DNA of 64,000 nt from Candidatus Alangreenwoodia gallinarii (GTDB taxonomy: Bacteria; Bacillota; Clostridia; Peptostreptococcales; Anaerovoracaceae): positions 2,417-66,416 of the forward strand of contig CAJFPD010000023.1 of the NCBI GenBank assembly GCA_904398315.1. Reading direction: 5' to 3'. Numbering within the stretch: position 1 is the stretch's first letter; every line of letters starts with the position of its first letter. Shown one piece after another: positions 54,488-64,000 of the stretch. A program made the translations under genes and the position numbers. Under the pieces are notes generated by a model that was not told the origin of the DNA, did not search any database, and saw nothing but the letters and a program-made list of their open reading frames with translations.

Positions 54488-57238
54488 TCAATCATTGAAC
54501 ACTGTTTCCGAACTGTAATCGGAATAAACCTCCTGCAATTCCATATATTTGCCGACTACCTCTCTGGCAACGGGTCCCGCATAGCTGCCGGATCCGCCCT
54601 GGAATATCAGAACAGCCACCGCAATCTGCGGATCCTCTATCGGTGCGATACAGACGAACCACGCGAAATTATCGTAATCACTCTTGTAGGCATCGATCTG
54701 CGACGAAGTCACCGAGCCGCCGGAAAGATTTATTACCGCCTGTCTTACCGCCGAACTCTCCGAGGCATAGATGTTGGATTCCTCCGTCAGCAGGCGGTGC
54801 ATCTCCGTTTCCACGTCTTCAAAAGAGAGACCCGGTGCGATGCGGGAAAGATATGTCCTGATATATTCTACCTCATCCGGCGGATTGATTTTTCCGGATT
54901 TCTGAGCGGTTCCCGTCTTTGCACCCACCTCGTAAGGGAAATTTGCAAAGAGCGATCTCGCGGAACCTCTCGATCCGTTTGCCACCCGACGCATTCCTTC
55001 GCGTACTACGGCAAAGGCATCCGGATTCGTATTTTCCACTTCCGTTCCGGTCTTTTCCTCCTTCTCCGGCTGGCCTGAAATCGACTGTGTAAGAGTAAGA
55101 TCATACCGTGTCCCGTTATTGGCAACGGCAGCGATATATCTGGCCATCTGAACCGGAGTATATGCATTTTCACCCTGACCGATGGCCAGATTCAGCGTAT
55201 CTCCATCTCCCCAGGTAGCGACGGAGAAATAATCGCTGCGGATCATATCTGTCAGCTTATTCAGTTCATCTTCTATTACCGGCAATTCACTGAGACGCTC
55301 GTATAACTCACTTCTGCTCAGTCCTTCATCCGCCCAGCTTACGATCTCGTCTATCGTCTCTTCCAGCTTTTCACTGTCAGAAGTCAGAGAAGATTCAAAA
55401 TACGTATTTGCGCTGGAAATCAGAACATTTTTCAGACTGCGCTTCGTGTTGGCGAGTTTCGCTTCTTCGCTCGGCACACCGGCTGCGGATTCCGCGAGCT
55501 CAATTCCCGTCTCCTGTCCGAGACCCAGCTTCTCCGCATAATCCATGACTTTCTGAATATCCATGTCCACGCTCAGACGGCTGCCGGAATAATAATCATA
55601 ACCCGATGCAAGATCGTAGAAATAATAATTGCAGGAAACCTCCAGCGCTTCATACAGATTCAGCCACCCGTGCTTTCCTCCGCCGTTGTTCCAGATCCAG
55701 CAGCCGAAAGTCTTGGCTCCCATGCGGATGACGCCGTTGTCGTACAGCTGATTATTCGGATTCCAGCCTTCATTCAGCGCAGCGAGACTCGTCACGGGCT
55801 TAAAGGTGGACCCCGGCTGGATCGACGTCATCGTCGCCACATTGTACAGCGGCAGCGGAGACAGAGGATCTCTCGGATTTTCACCCTGCAGAGCATCCCA
55901 GTCTTCGGAGGAAATCCCCGTAGCGAAGAGATTCGGATCATACCCCGGATAATTTGCGAGAGCGAGAACATCACCGCTGTTCACATCGACAGCTACGACA
56001 GCACCTACGTTTGCATTCGGATATGCGGTGCTGTAGTGGTAATTTCCGTAATCACTCACAAAGGTGCCGCCTACCTGAATCTTCTGAAGCGCCTGCTGAA
56101 GCGCTTCCTCTGCCGTCTTCTGCAGCTCCAGATCGATGGTGAGATAGACATCATCACCCGGAACGGGATCGGTGGAACTGATCTCAGCCACCTGTTCACC
56201 GGCGGCATTAACCTGAATTACCTTTTCTCCGTCCTGACCCTTCAGCACAGATTCATAATAACTCTCCAGACCTTCTTTTCCGATCAGATCGGTGGAAGAA
56301 TATCCCTTCTCCAGATATTCCGCCTGTTCGGATTCGGAAATCTTGCCGAGATATCCGAGAATATGACATGCCGTCGTACCGTTCGGATAAGTCCTTACAT
56401 ATTCTCTCGCCACCTCGACGCCGGGATAAAGGTAGGATTTTTCCTCCAGTGTGACGATAGTCTGTTCGCTGACTCCGTTTGCCACCTCTGCCGGAAGATA
56501 ACTCTGATATCCGAGGCTCTTCAGCTCGTTGCGGATAATCAGAATCTTGCGTGCCTCCGCATCGGAGTAGGAATCATCGATTTCATATTTTTCCCGCAGC
56601 TGCTCGAAAGCTTCTTCTGCGCTGAGATCCTCTTCCAGGTTAAAGCTCTGCAGAAAAGACCTTTTTTCCATCTCCTGCGTATATTCCATTCTTTTCACGG
56701 AAATCGGCGGATAGATACTGTACGTATTCTGAAGGACCTCCTGCGCCTCATACGCATCGAGACTGCTGTCGACACCTTCCCGTTCTCTCAGGGCGTCGAA
56801 AGCTTCCTGAGCGGTAAGATCCGTTCTCAGGTTCTGAGAGCTCAGCCATTCTTCGATCTCCTGATCATAGGAATAATAAAAGCTCCCGTCTTCCGCGATC
56901 AGGACAGGAAATTCATCGTTATAAGCATCGCCGTTGCTCTCCAAAAGATTGATCAGGTTCAGAGCCACCGTATTGAGATTGTCTTCGTCGATCTCCGCCG
57001 ATACGAGATGAACCGCATAACTCACCTCATTTCCGGCCAGCAGTCTGCCGTATCTGTCGCGTATCTCTCCGCGGGGAGCCGAGGTGTAAACCGTCTTCGT
57101 ACTGAGATTCTCCGCACGCTCATCCCAGATCTGTCCCTGTATCACCGTCACGTAAAACAGACGTGCCGCCAGCACGATCATCAAAACCAAAAACAGAAGC
57201 TTAATCTGATTTCTCTTATCTTTCAGCCAAAGTCTCAT
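54488..57238 (-). CDS. mrdA: Penicillin-binding protein 2 (elongation transpeptidase), expanded to 916 aa
   Basis: TM anchor, RGEIRDRYG, STFKP (SxxK), SCN (SxN) and KTGTAQ (KTG). Position in the mreBCD-pbp cluster. Confidence 0.85.
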   Translation of the reverse strand: MRLWLKDKRNQIKLLFLVLMIVLAARLFYVTVIQGQIWDERAENLSTKTVYTSAPRGEIRDRYGRLLAGNEVSYAVHLVSAEIDEDNLNTVALNLINLLESNGDAYNDEFPVLIAEDGSFYYSYDQEIEEWLSSQNLRTDLTAQEAFDALREREGVDSSLDAYEAQEVLQNTYSIYPPISVKRMEYTQEMEKRSFLQSFNLEEDLSAEEAFEQLREKYEIDDSYSDAEARKILIIRNELKSLGYQSYLPAEVANGVSEQTIVTLEEKSYLYPGVEVAREYVRTYPNGTTACHILGYLGKISESEQAEYLEKGYSSTDLIGKEGLESYYESVLKGQDGEKVIQVNAAGEQVAEISSTDPVPGDDVYLTIDLELQKTAEEALQQALQKIQVGGTFVSDYGNYHYSTAYPNANVGAVVAVDVNSGDVLALANYPGYDPNLFATGISSEDWDALQGENPRDPLSPLPLYNVATMTSIQPGSTFKPVTSLAALNEGWNPNNQLYDNGVIRMGAKTFGCWIWNNGGGKHGWLNLYEALEVSCNYYFYDLASGYDYYSGSRLSVDMDIQKVMDYAEKLGLGQETGIELAESAAGVPSEEAKLANTKRSLKNVLISSANTYFESSLTSDSEKLEETIDEIVSWADEGLSRSELYERLSELPVIEDELNKLTDMIRSDYFSVATWGDGDTLNLAIGQGENAYTPVQMARYIAAVANNGTRYDLTLTQSISGQPEKEEKTGTEVENTNPDAFAVVREGMRRVANGSRGSARSLFANFPYEVGAKTGTAQKSGKINPPDEVEYIRTYLSRIAPGLSFEDVETEMHRLLTEESNIYASESSAVRQAVINLSGGSVTSSQIDAYKSDYDNFAWFVCIAPIEDPQIAVAVLIFQGGSGSYAGPVAREVVGKYMELQEVYSDYSSETVFND

Positions 57239-57256
57239 ATCCTCACCCCTGTCAGT

Positions 57257-57742
57257 TTATACCGTAAAGCCTTTCCGCCTCCTCGCCAGAGGCAGGAGGA
57301 CCAGCAGCACCACATAATTCCAGGCGATGGAAACCGGAACTCTTTTCAAAGAGTACAGAATGCTCATACTTCCCTGAAGCATCATGTTGTTCAGCAGCCA
57401 GTAAGCCGACGCATATGCCAGAGTCGTAACGGCTACCATGAGGAGCAGCAGGATTTTATTATCCCGGTACACTCCTGTGCGCACCAGTTTCAGAAGGAGA
57501 CCGATCAGGAGATAGATCAGCGCGGAAATGCCGATCACCTGCCCGAAAAAGATGTCCTGTATGATTCCGAAGATCACTCCGATCACCAGGCCGTCCAGCT
57601 TTTCGAAGAAAAAACTGTATATGACGGTCAGAACCAGCACGATATTCGGCGTTACGCCGAATATCGCAACCGCATTGAATACCGTACACTGCAGCAGAAA
57701 CGCCGCGGCGTAGATCAAAATCAGTTTCAATTTATCCAACAT
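57257..57742 (-). CDS. mreD: Rod shape-determining protein MreD
   Basis: 161-aa polytopic membrane protein immediately after mreC. Confidence 0.8.
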   Translation of the reverse strand: MLDKLKLILIYAAAFLLQCTVFNAVAIFGVTPNIVLVLTVIYSFFFEKLDGLVIGVIFGIIQDIFFGQVIGISALIYLLIGLLLKLVRTGVYRDNKILLLLMVAVTTLAYASAYWLLNNMMLQGSMSILYSLKRVPVSIAWNYVVLLVLLPLARRRKGFTV

Positions 57743-57818
57743 AATTATCTGTAACTCCGTCCTGTATCATCACATCGCCGCCCGGCCGCTTTCCGAATTC
57801 CGCGTTTTCATCCCCGTA

Positions 57819-58643
57819 TTATCCGCTGATCAGAACAGTTACCATTCTGACCGCACGGAAATTTACCTGGGGTTCGACATAGATCCGCCGCTCCTTGCTG
57901 CTTTCGTCATATTCGACGGATTCCACACTGCCGATGGTGATGCCTGCCGGATACAGACTCATACCGGACGTGATCAGGATATCGCCGCTGTTGAGGGATT
58001 TTTCCTCATCGAAAATATAGCCGGACAGACCTCCCTCTCCGTCGCCGGAAAGGACACCGACCACCTCCGGATCGCGCAGAAGAGTAAAGCTGACAGAATC
58101 GTTGGCATCGACAATGCTCAGAACCTTTGACCAGTCTTTGCCGACGGTTGTTACCTTGCCGATCAGCCCGTCTTCGTTCACGACGACACTTCCGGCGGTA
58201 ATACCGTCATCGCTGCCGGCATTGATGGTAAAGATATTAAAGATATTCGATCCGTCCGTTGCAATGACATCCGCCGTCACTTTCTCATAGCTGTCATCAT
58301 AAGAAGCATAATTGAGGCTCTGAGCCAGTTCTCTGAGCTGGTTCAGAGTCTGTTCATCCAGCTCGGCCTGTGTCAGCTGTTCATTGAGATCCGCCACCTG
58401 CTGTCTCAGTTCATAATTTTCCCGCTGCAGACTGCGGAAACCGAAGAGTCCGGAAAAAAATCCTCTGATACCGCTGCTTGCATCCGTCAGAGGTTCCTCC
58501 GCCGCAGCCGCTGCTGTCTGGGCCGCTTCTCCTGCCGCTGATACGGAACCGGGATGATAGGCGGATATGACAATAATCGCCACCAGAAAAATGATGACGA
58601 TCGTCAGAACGGCAAGCTTCACGTGCTCTTTTATCCAGTTCAT
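57819..58643 (-). CDS. mreC: Rod shape-determining protein MreC
   Basis: N-terminal TM helix, coiled coil (ENYELRQQVADLNEQL) and C-terminal beta domains (GLIGKV, YPAGI.IG.V). Confidence 0.9.
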   Translation of the reverse strand: MNWIKEHVKLAVLTIVIIFLVAIIVISAYHPGSVSAAGEAAQTAAAAAEEPLTDASSGIRGFFSGLFGFRSLQRENYELRQQVADLNEQLTQAELDEQTLNQLRELAQSLNYASYDDSYEKVTADVIATDGSNIFNIFTINAGSDDGITAGSVVVNEDGLIGKVTTVGKDWSKVLSIVDANDSVSFTLLRDPEVVGVLSGDGEGGLSGYIFDEEKSLNSGDILITSGMSLYPAGITIGSVESVEYDESSKERRIYVEPQVNFRAVRMVTVLISG

Positions 58644-58682
58644 GAAAAAGACTCCTGTCTCTGCATCCTGAAAGATACAGGA

Positions 58683-59753
58683 TTAGTAAGTATTGTTGTT
58701 TGAACTCGCATTGGCATAAGGATTTTTCGCTCTCACATGAGTCATGATCGTTTCCATATTCTGGAGGCTCAGACCGGTTCCCATCGCCACAGCTTCCGCA
58801 GCGTTTTCTGCAATCATGGTAGCAATGCCTGTCTCCTTTTCGATCAGCACGTCGAGTCCTCTCAGCAGAGAACCGCCGCCCGCCATCACCATGCCGGTAT
58901 TGATGATATCGGCTGCCAGTTCAGGAGGTGCATTCTCCAGCGTGATTTTGATTCCGTCGATAATTTCTTTTACAGATTCTTCCAGTGCTGTACAGATATC
59001 TCTGGAAGAGATTTCGATCGTCTTCGGAAGCCCTGTAGCCAGATCTCTGCCGCTGATGTCGGAACGCAGAACCCAGTCAGGATCACTTTCGTCGATAAAG
59101 GCACAGCCGATAGCGATCTTCGCTTTTTCCGCCATCTTTTCGCCGATGAGCAGTCCGTACATTTTTCTGATATGATCGATGATCGCTTCATTCATCCTGT
59201 CTCCGGCCATACGCAGAGACGTGCTGGTCACGATGCCTCCCAGCGATATGATGGCGATATCCGACGTTCCGCCGCCGATATCCGTAATCATGCAGCCGGT
59301 AGGAGAATCCACCTGCAGACCGACGCCGATAGCCGCAGCCATAGGCTCGTCCATGATGAAGACCTCCTTCGCCCCCATCTGCCTCGTCACTTCCTCTACG
59401 GCTCTTTTTTCAACCTCGGTGACGCCGGAAGGCACACCGATTACCACGCGCACCGATGTAAAAAAGGAAGAAGTGGGAATCACCCGTGAAATAAAAGTCT
59501 TCAGCATCATGCTCGTCATTCCGAAATCGGAAATGACGCCGTCCTGAAGCGGCTTTACGACACTGATGTGAGGAGGCGCCGCCCCGATCATATTTTTCGC
59601 ATCATTGCCCACCGCAATGATCGTCTTCGTATTCTTGTTATAGGCGATGACGGAAGCTTCGTCTAAAACGATGCCCTTTCCTTTTATATATACAAGTGTA
59701 TTGGCAGTGCCAAGATCAATACCGATATCCTGTTTAAAAAAACCCAGTCCCAT
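58683..59753 (-). CDS. mreB: Rod shape-determining protein MreB
   Basis: Actin-fold motifs DIGIDLGTANTLVY, DIGGGTSDIA, GGGSLLRGLD. Confidence 0.95.
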   Translation of the reverse strand: MGLGFFKQDIGIDLGTANTLVYIKGKGIVLDEASVIAYNKNTKTIIAVGNDAKNMIGAAPPHISVVKPLQDGVISDFGMTSMMLKTFISRVIPTSSFFTSVRVVIGVPSGVTEVEKRAVEEVTRQMGAKEVFIMDEPMAAAIGVGLQVDSPTGCMITDIGGGTSDIAIISLGGIVTSTSLRMAGDRMNEAIIDHIRKMYGLLIGEKMAEKAKIAIGCAFIDESDPDWVLRSDISGRDLATGLPKTIEISSRDICTALEESVKEIIDGIKITLENAPPELAADIINTGMVMAGGGSLLRGLDVLIEKETGIATMIAENAAEAVAMGTGLSLQNMETIMTHVRAKNPYANASSNNNTY

Positions 59754-59833
59754 AGTAATTCTTTCTCCTTTAGTACATCACGCCTGCGCGTCTGTATTTA
59801 TTTATCTGATATACGCTATACGCCCGCTTGCAT

Positions 59834-60523
59834 TTAAATTTTTCCGAGTTCTCTCAGACTCACATATTCGCCGTCGCCGATGATGATGTGGTCGAGGACC
59901 TCGACGCCAAGAATCTCTCCCACCCTGACGAGACGCTCCGTAAGGAGCAGGTCTTCCCTGCTGGGAGCGGGATTTCCGCTGGGGTGATTGTGAACGAGAA
60001 TCACGCTGGCTGCCCCCCTGCGGAGCGCATTGGAAAACACTTCCCTCGGATGTGCCGGTGAACTCATCAGCGAGCCCACCGAAACATTGTCTTTCATGAT
60101 TATCTCGTTTTTGGCATTTAAAAGCAAAACCTTAAAATTTTCCTTTTTGAGACAGCGCATTTCGCTCATAAACAGCGAAGCGATCTTCTCAGGCGAGGAA
60201 ACACTGACACGATTCTGCTTCGGTGCATCGTGCAGCCTGCGTCCGAGTTCCGCAGCAGCCAGGAGGCATGCCGCTCTCGCAGGGCCGACGCCTTCTATTT
60301 TATAGAGTTCTTCCGGTACGCAGTCATTCAGTATGCGAATGCCTCCGCTGTCGATCGCCAGAATCTTCTCCGCCAGATTGACGGCCGATACTCCCGCCGT
60401 TCCGCCTCCCAGTAGAACGGCGATCAGCTCCGCGTTGGACAGAGACGAGGCTCCCCGCTTCAGGAGGCGTTCTCTCGGCCTTTCCTCGGCGGGAAGATCT
60501 TTGATCGAAACATAATTCTTCAT
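59834..60523 (-). CDS. radC: RadC-family JAB domain protein
   Basis: N-terminal HhH region (RPRERL) and the JAMM motif HNHPSG.P.PS..D. Confidence 0.9.
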   Translation of the reverse strand: MKNYVSIKDLPAEERPRERLLKRGASSLSNAELIAVLLGGGTAGVSAVNLAEKILAIDSGGIRILNDCVPEELYKIEGVGPARAACLLAAAELGRRLHDAPKQNRVSVSSPEKIASLFMSEMRCLKKENFKVLLLNAKNEIIMKDNVSVGSLMSSPAHPREVFSNALRRGAASVILVHNHPSGNPAPSREDLLLTERLVRVGEILGVEVLDHIIIGDGEYVSLRELGKI

Positions 60524-60559
60524 AATATCCGACTCCGCAGTATACGGACCAGATCCGCC

Positions 60560-61123
60560 TCAGAACCTTTTCAGCTCGAGGAAAAATCTGTCCCAGGGAA
60601 GTCCCACGACATTTGAATAATCACCTTCTATTCGTTCGACAAATTCAGCCCATCCGCCCTGAATCGCATAAGAACCCGCTTTATCCATCGGTTCGCCTGT
60701 TCTGATATAGGCGAGGATATCCTCATCCGTATAATCGCTGAAAAACACGTGAGTCTCTTCACAGAATACTCTCGTGTTCTCCGCTCCGGCATCGCACAGC
60801 GCTACGCCGGTCATGACGGAATGACTTCCGTTTCTCAGCTTTTTCAGAGTTTCAAACGCATCCTCCTCATCGACAGGCTTGCCGATTATTTCTCCGTCTG
60901 AAACGACAATCGTATCGGCCGCCACGATGATACCTTCCTTCACTCTTTCCCGGACTGCCAGAGCTTTTTTCAGCGCCAGATACATACAGGCGGTCTTAGG
61001 CTCAGTCCCCGCCTCCACCTTTTCATCCGCATCGGATGTCATCACTGTAAAATCCACGCCGTGAGAAGCAAGTATTTCCGCTCGTCTCGGCGATCCGGAA
61101 GCTAAAATGATGCGTTTTTTCAT
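60560..61123 (-). CDS. maf: Maf-family nucleoside triphosphate pyrophosphatase
   Basis: ILASGSPRRAEIL and GAYAIQG-type motif (GSYAIQG). The ATG at 61123 is better spaced from AAGGG than the ATG at 61129. Confidence 0.9.
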   Translation of the reverse strand: MKKRIILASGSPRRAEILASHGVDFTVMTSDADEKVEAGTEPKTACMYLALKKALAVRERVKEGIIVAADTIVVSDGEIIGKPVDEEDAFETLKKLRNGSHSVMTGVALCDAGAENTRVFCEETHVFFSDYTDEDILAYIRTGEPMDKAGSYAIQGGWAEFVERIEGDYSNVVGLPWDRFFLELKRF

Positions 61124-61449
61124 GTGCATTACCCTTTTTTTACTCTTTTCAGAAATTACCGGAGAAATCCGGTTTTCCGGTCAGCCACGTTAATTTTATC
61201 ATCATTTAACAACGCTAACAATAAGCGAAAGAATTTCTTTATAAATATTATGAAATTTTCAGATTTTCTTCATAATACCAAAGTCCGTCTCCTTACCGTC
61301 CGGCTGCCGGATCTGTATCAGAAACGCATCCGACCGGAAGCGAGGAAATATATCTCTATTATACCTGATTCTGCCCTATATTATCATAACTCAACCGGCA
61401 AATGGAAAATATTTTTCATCATACAGATATTTCCGGACAGCGGAAATTC

Positions 61450-62154
61450 TCATTCAAAAAGATGAAAACATTCTCTGAGCTTTCCGATAGCTTTTTTCTC
61501 TATCCGGGATACGTAAGAGCGGCTGATATTCAGCTCATCCGCCACTTCCTGCTGTGTCATACCTTCCTGATTGAACAAGCCGTACCGCTTGATGAGCACC
61601 GTCCTTTCCCGCTCCCGCAGCTTCTCGCTGAGCGCCTCATACAGACACTTCATCTGAGCGCCGAGTTCCAGATCCTTCGATATTTCACTGCCGTCCGTGC
61701 CGAGAATATCGTTGAAGCTGATCTCATTTCCCTCCTTGTCGGTTCCCAGAGGTTCATTGATAGAGATCTCCGCGCGCTCCTTTTTCGATTTTCTCAGCCA
61801 CATCAGGATCTCATTCTCCACGCATCTGGCCGCGTACGTTCCCAGCCTGACGCTCTTGCCGGCTTTGAAAGTATCGATAGATTTGATCAGGCCGATAGTG
61901 CCGATGGAGATGATATCGTCAGAATCCAGTCCTGTTCCGGAATATTTCTTGGCGATATGCGCTACAAGCCTGAGATTATGTTCGATCAGGATATCCTTTG
62001 CCTCCCTGTCCCCCTGTTCCATTTTTTCGATATAATAGGCTTCCTCCTCCGCGCTCAGAGGCTTTGGAAACGAGTTTCCCTCCGAAATATACGAAGGCAT
62101 AAAAATCAGCGGATACCCCAGAAGGAGGGCTGAGATAAAAAGCGTAAGACTCAT
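61450..62154 (-). CDS. sigK: Sporulation sigma factor pro-sigma-K, uninterrupted
   Basis: Hydrophobic pro-sequence followed by SYISEGNSFPKPLSAEEE..LIEHNLRLVAHIAKKY, which closely parallels B. subtilis pro-sigma-K (SYVKNNAFPQPLSSSEE..LIEHNLRLVAHIVKKF). ISRSYVSRIEKKA in region 4. Confidence 0.85.
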   Translation of the reverse strand: MSLTLFISALLLGYPLIFMPSYISEGNSFPKPLSAEEEAYYIEKMEQGDREAKDILIEHNLRLVAHIAKKYSGTGLDSDDIISIGTIGLIKSIDTFKAGKSVRLGTYAARCVENEILMWLRKSKKERAEISINEPLGTDKEGNEISFNDILGTDGSEISKDLELGAQMKCLYEALSEKLRERERTVLIKRYGLFNQEGMTQQEVADELNISRSYVSRIEKKAIGKLRECFHLFE

Positions 62155-62329
62155 GAGATACTTCCTTTCCGCATTCTCTGCTTTACTTCTGCGCAGCTGA
62201 AATGTTACACTTGATTTCCGGCGGGGATCGTTTCCGAAGGACCGGACAGGCGGATCATACCGCAGACCATCAGATCATACTGCCGGAGAAAATCCCCGGA
62301 AATCCTTTTGGAACAGGAGTACACAGAAA

Positions 62330-63892
62330 ATGAGCATTATAACCGTAGAACACCTGTCGCACGGCTTCGGAGACCGGGCGATCTTTCACGATGTTTCCTT
62401 CCGCCTGCTCAAGGGGGAGCATATCGGCCTCGTAGGCGCCAACGGCGAAGGAAAATCTACTTTTATGAACATCATCACCGGCAGACTCGCGCCGGATGAC
62501 GGAAAAATTGAATGGGCACGCAATGTGCGCGTGGGTTATCTGGACCAGCACACCAGTCTTTCCAGAGGAATGACCGTCCGCGACGTTCTCGCCTCCGCCT
62601 TCTCCTTCCTGTTTGAGATGGAAGAGCGCATGACACAGATCTGCGACAGCATGGCAGAAGCGGACGAGATACAGATGTCTGATATGCTGGAGGAACTGGG
62701 CACGATTCAGGACATGCTCACAGCTCATGACTTTTACCTGATCGATTCCAGAGTGGAAGAAGTTGCCCGCGCCCTCGGGCTTTCCGATATCGGACTGGAC
62801 CGGGATGTCGCAGATCTCAGCGGCGGCCAGAGAACAAAGGTCCTCCTGGGAAAGCTCCTTCTGGAAAAACCCGACATCCTTCTTCTGGATGAGCCCACAA
62901 ATTATCTGGATGCTCAGCACATCGAATGGCTGAAGCGCTACCTCAGCGAGTACGAAAATGCCTTTATCCTGATCTCCCACGATATTCCTTTCCTCAACAG
63001 CGTGGTGAACGTTATTTACCATATGGAAAATCAGGAGTTCACCCGCTACACCGGAAACTACGACGAATTTATGAAGGTCAGAGAAGTGAAACTCGCTCAG
63101 CGTGAAGCCGCCTATAACCGCCAGCAGAAGGAAATCGCCGATCTTAAGGACTTCGTGGCCAGAAACAAAGCCCGTGTCGCCACCCGCAATATGGCCATGT
63201 CGCGTCAGAAAAAGCTGGACAAAATGGAACGCATCGAACTGGCTGCAGAAAAGCCGAAACCTCAGTTTCACTTTCTCAGCGCCAGAACGCCGGGACGTCA
63301 GATTTTCACCGCAGAAAACCTGGTCATCGGCTATAGTCCGGAGGATCCTCTCAGCATTCCTCTGAATCTCTCTATGGAACGCGGTCAGAAAATCGCTCTC
63401 ATCGGAGCCAACGGCATCGGAAAGACGACGCTTCTGAAGAATCTTCTGGGACTGACAGAACCGCTTTCCGGTACGGTGAAGCGCGGTGATTTTCTGGAGA
63501 TCGGTTACTTCGAGCAGGAAACGGAGGCCGATGATTCCACCACCTGCATCGAGGAGATATGGAAATATTTTCCTTCTTTTTCTCAGTACGAAGTCCGGGC
63601 CGCTCTCGCAAAATGCGGACTGACCACAAAGCACATCGAAAGCCGCATACGCGTTCTCAGCGGCGGAGAACAGGCTAAAGTCCGTCTCTGCAGACTGATC
63701 AACCGGGAAACCAACGTCCTTCTCCTGGACGAGCCGACGAATCATCTCGATCAGGATGCGAAAAACGAGCTCCACCGCGCACTTACAGAATACCGGGGCA
63801 GTATCCTGATGGTCTGCCATGAGCCGGAATTCTACGAGGATCTGGTTACAGATGTCTGGGACTGCACGAAATGGACTACCAGACTGGTATGA
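62330..63892 (+). CDS. ABC-F family ATPase (translation-associated, no TM domain)
   Basis: Two ABC cassettes (GANGEGKST / LSGGQRTKV / LLLDEPTNYLD, and GANGIGKTT / LSGGEQAKV / LLLDEPTNHLD) joined by a linker of about 80 aa (FVARNKARVATRNMAMSRQKKLDKME). Confidence 0.9.
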   Translation: MSIITVEHLSHGFGDRAIFHDVSFRLLKGEHIGLVGANGEGKSTFMNIITGRLAPDDGKIEWARNVRVGYLDQHTSLSRGMTVRDVLASAFSFLFEMEERMTQICDSMAEADEIQMSDMLEELGTIQDMLTAHDFYLIDSRVEEVARALGLSDIGLDRDVADLSGGQRTKVLLGKLLLEKPDILLLDEPTNYLDAQHIEWLKRYLSEYENAFILISHDIPFLNSVVNVIYHMENQEFTRYTGNYDEFMKVREVKLAQREAAYNRQQKEIADLKDFVARNKARVATRNMAMSRQKKLDKMERIELAAEKPKPQFHFLSARTPGRQIFTAENLVIGYSPEDPLSIPLNLSMERGQKIALIGANGIGKTTLLKNLLGLTEPLSGTVKRGDFLEIGYFEQETEADDSTTCIEEIWKYFPSFSQYEVRAALAKCGLTTKHIESRIRVLSGGEQAKVRLCRLINRETNVLLLDEPTNHLDQDAKNELHRALTEYRGSILMVCHEPEFYEDLVTDVWDCTKWTTRLV

Positions 63893-64000
63893 TGACTTTC
63901 GCAGGCCGTTTACCCGCAGGCTCTTCTGCTGCCTGTTTCCGGAGCCGCGGCTGTTCCCGATACGATAATATCTTATGTAGATCACATTCTTTTATTGCCT

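Noticed and set aside
55670-57754. 694-aa ORF antisense to PBP2/mreD. The same applies to 62270..63985 (antisense to ABC-F), 44863..46419 (thiI), 47477..48922 (rny), 32105..33493 (acd), 17218..18594 (purD), 9041..10396 (der/ftsY), 51058..52248 (phaC), 14240..15217 (rnc), 39874..40800 (mmdB) and 35970..36737 (kinase).
   Set aside because: All lie opposite confidently identified genes, lack SD sequences and family motifs, and show skewed R/H/F/S composition.
61124-61465. 113-aa plus-strand ORF in the maf-sigK spacer, and a tiny MKKI ORF on the minus strand
   Set aside because: The sequence is AT-rich with Asn/Phe/Ile-rich composition, has no SD at proper spacing, and overlaps the maf start region. 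It is most likely non-coding promoter/leader DNA.
1-64000. Scan for CRISPR arrays, tRNA/rRNA genes, IS elements, integrases, toxin-antitoxin pairs and phage genes
   Set aside because: I found no repeat-spacer arrays (only two-copy tandem repeats of 10-16 nt), no cloverleaf-like or rRNA-like conserved sequences in the intergenic regions, and no transposase or recombinase-like ORFs. Detection was by eye only, so small or degenerate elements could have been missed.

Overview
This is a gene-dense 64 kb chromosomal segment of about 60 protein genes, most of them on the minus strand. The gene content looks like an endospore-forming member of the Clostridia (Bacillota), but that taxonomic call is inference from content only.

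Recognisable blocks, left to right:
- a divergent pair of uncharacterised paralogues (the left one runs off the window)
- ugd and spoIVA
- a DUF523 gene, then gpsA-plsY-der
- ftsY-smc-rnc-plsX
- a desulfoferrodoxin-like gene and a flavin reductase
- a seven-gene purine operon (purL-E-C-F-M-N-D)
- a lytic-transglycosylase-domain protein and alr
- etfA and an acyl-CoA dehydrogenase directly behind the spoIIAA-spoIIAB-sigF operon
- a P-type ATPase co-transcribed with a histidine kinase and an OmpR-type regulator
- a four-gene Na+-translocating methylmalonyl-CoA decarboxylase cluster
- a DEDDh exonuclease, thiI plus a cysteine desulfurase, and rny
- rodA (plus strand)
- a class III PHA synthase operon (phaE-phaC-phaJ)
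- minD-like, PBP2, mreD, mreC, mreB, radC and maf
- pro-sigma-K and an ABC-F ATPase

I saw no rRNA, tRNA, CRISPR array, transposase, integrase or phage gene. Many long ORFs in the supplied track are antisense shadows of real genes. Several track ORFs also begin upstream of the likely true start, and I re-set those starts using Shine-Dalgarno spacing.

I cannot point to a clear multi-gene novel system. The most unusual items are:
- the HTH-fused paralogue pair at the left edge, with a possible degenerate Nudix-like fold
- a P-type ATPase whose conserved TM4 PEGL motif reads PKGL, wired to an intramembrane-type sensor kinase
- a desulfoferrodoxin homologue lacking two centre-II iron ligands
- an ACAD-EtfA pair with no EtfB
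- an orphan, divergent MinD
- several perfect palindromes and short tandem repeats in promoter and leader regions

All product names rest on motif and family recognition by eye. No database search was run.
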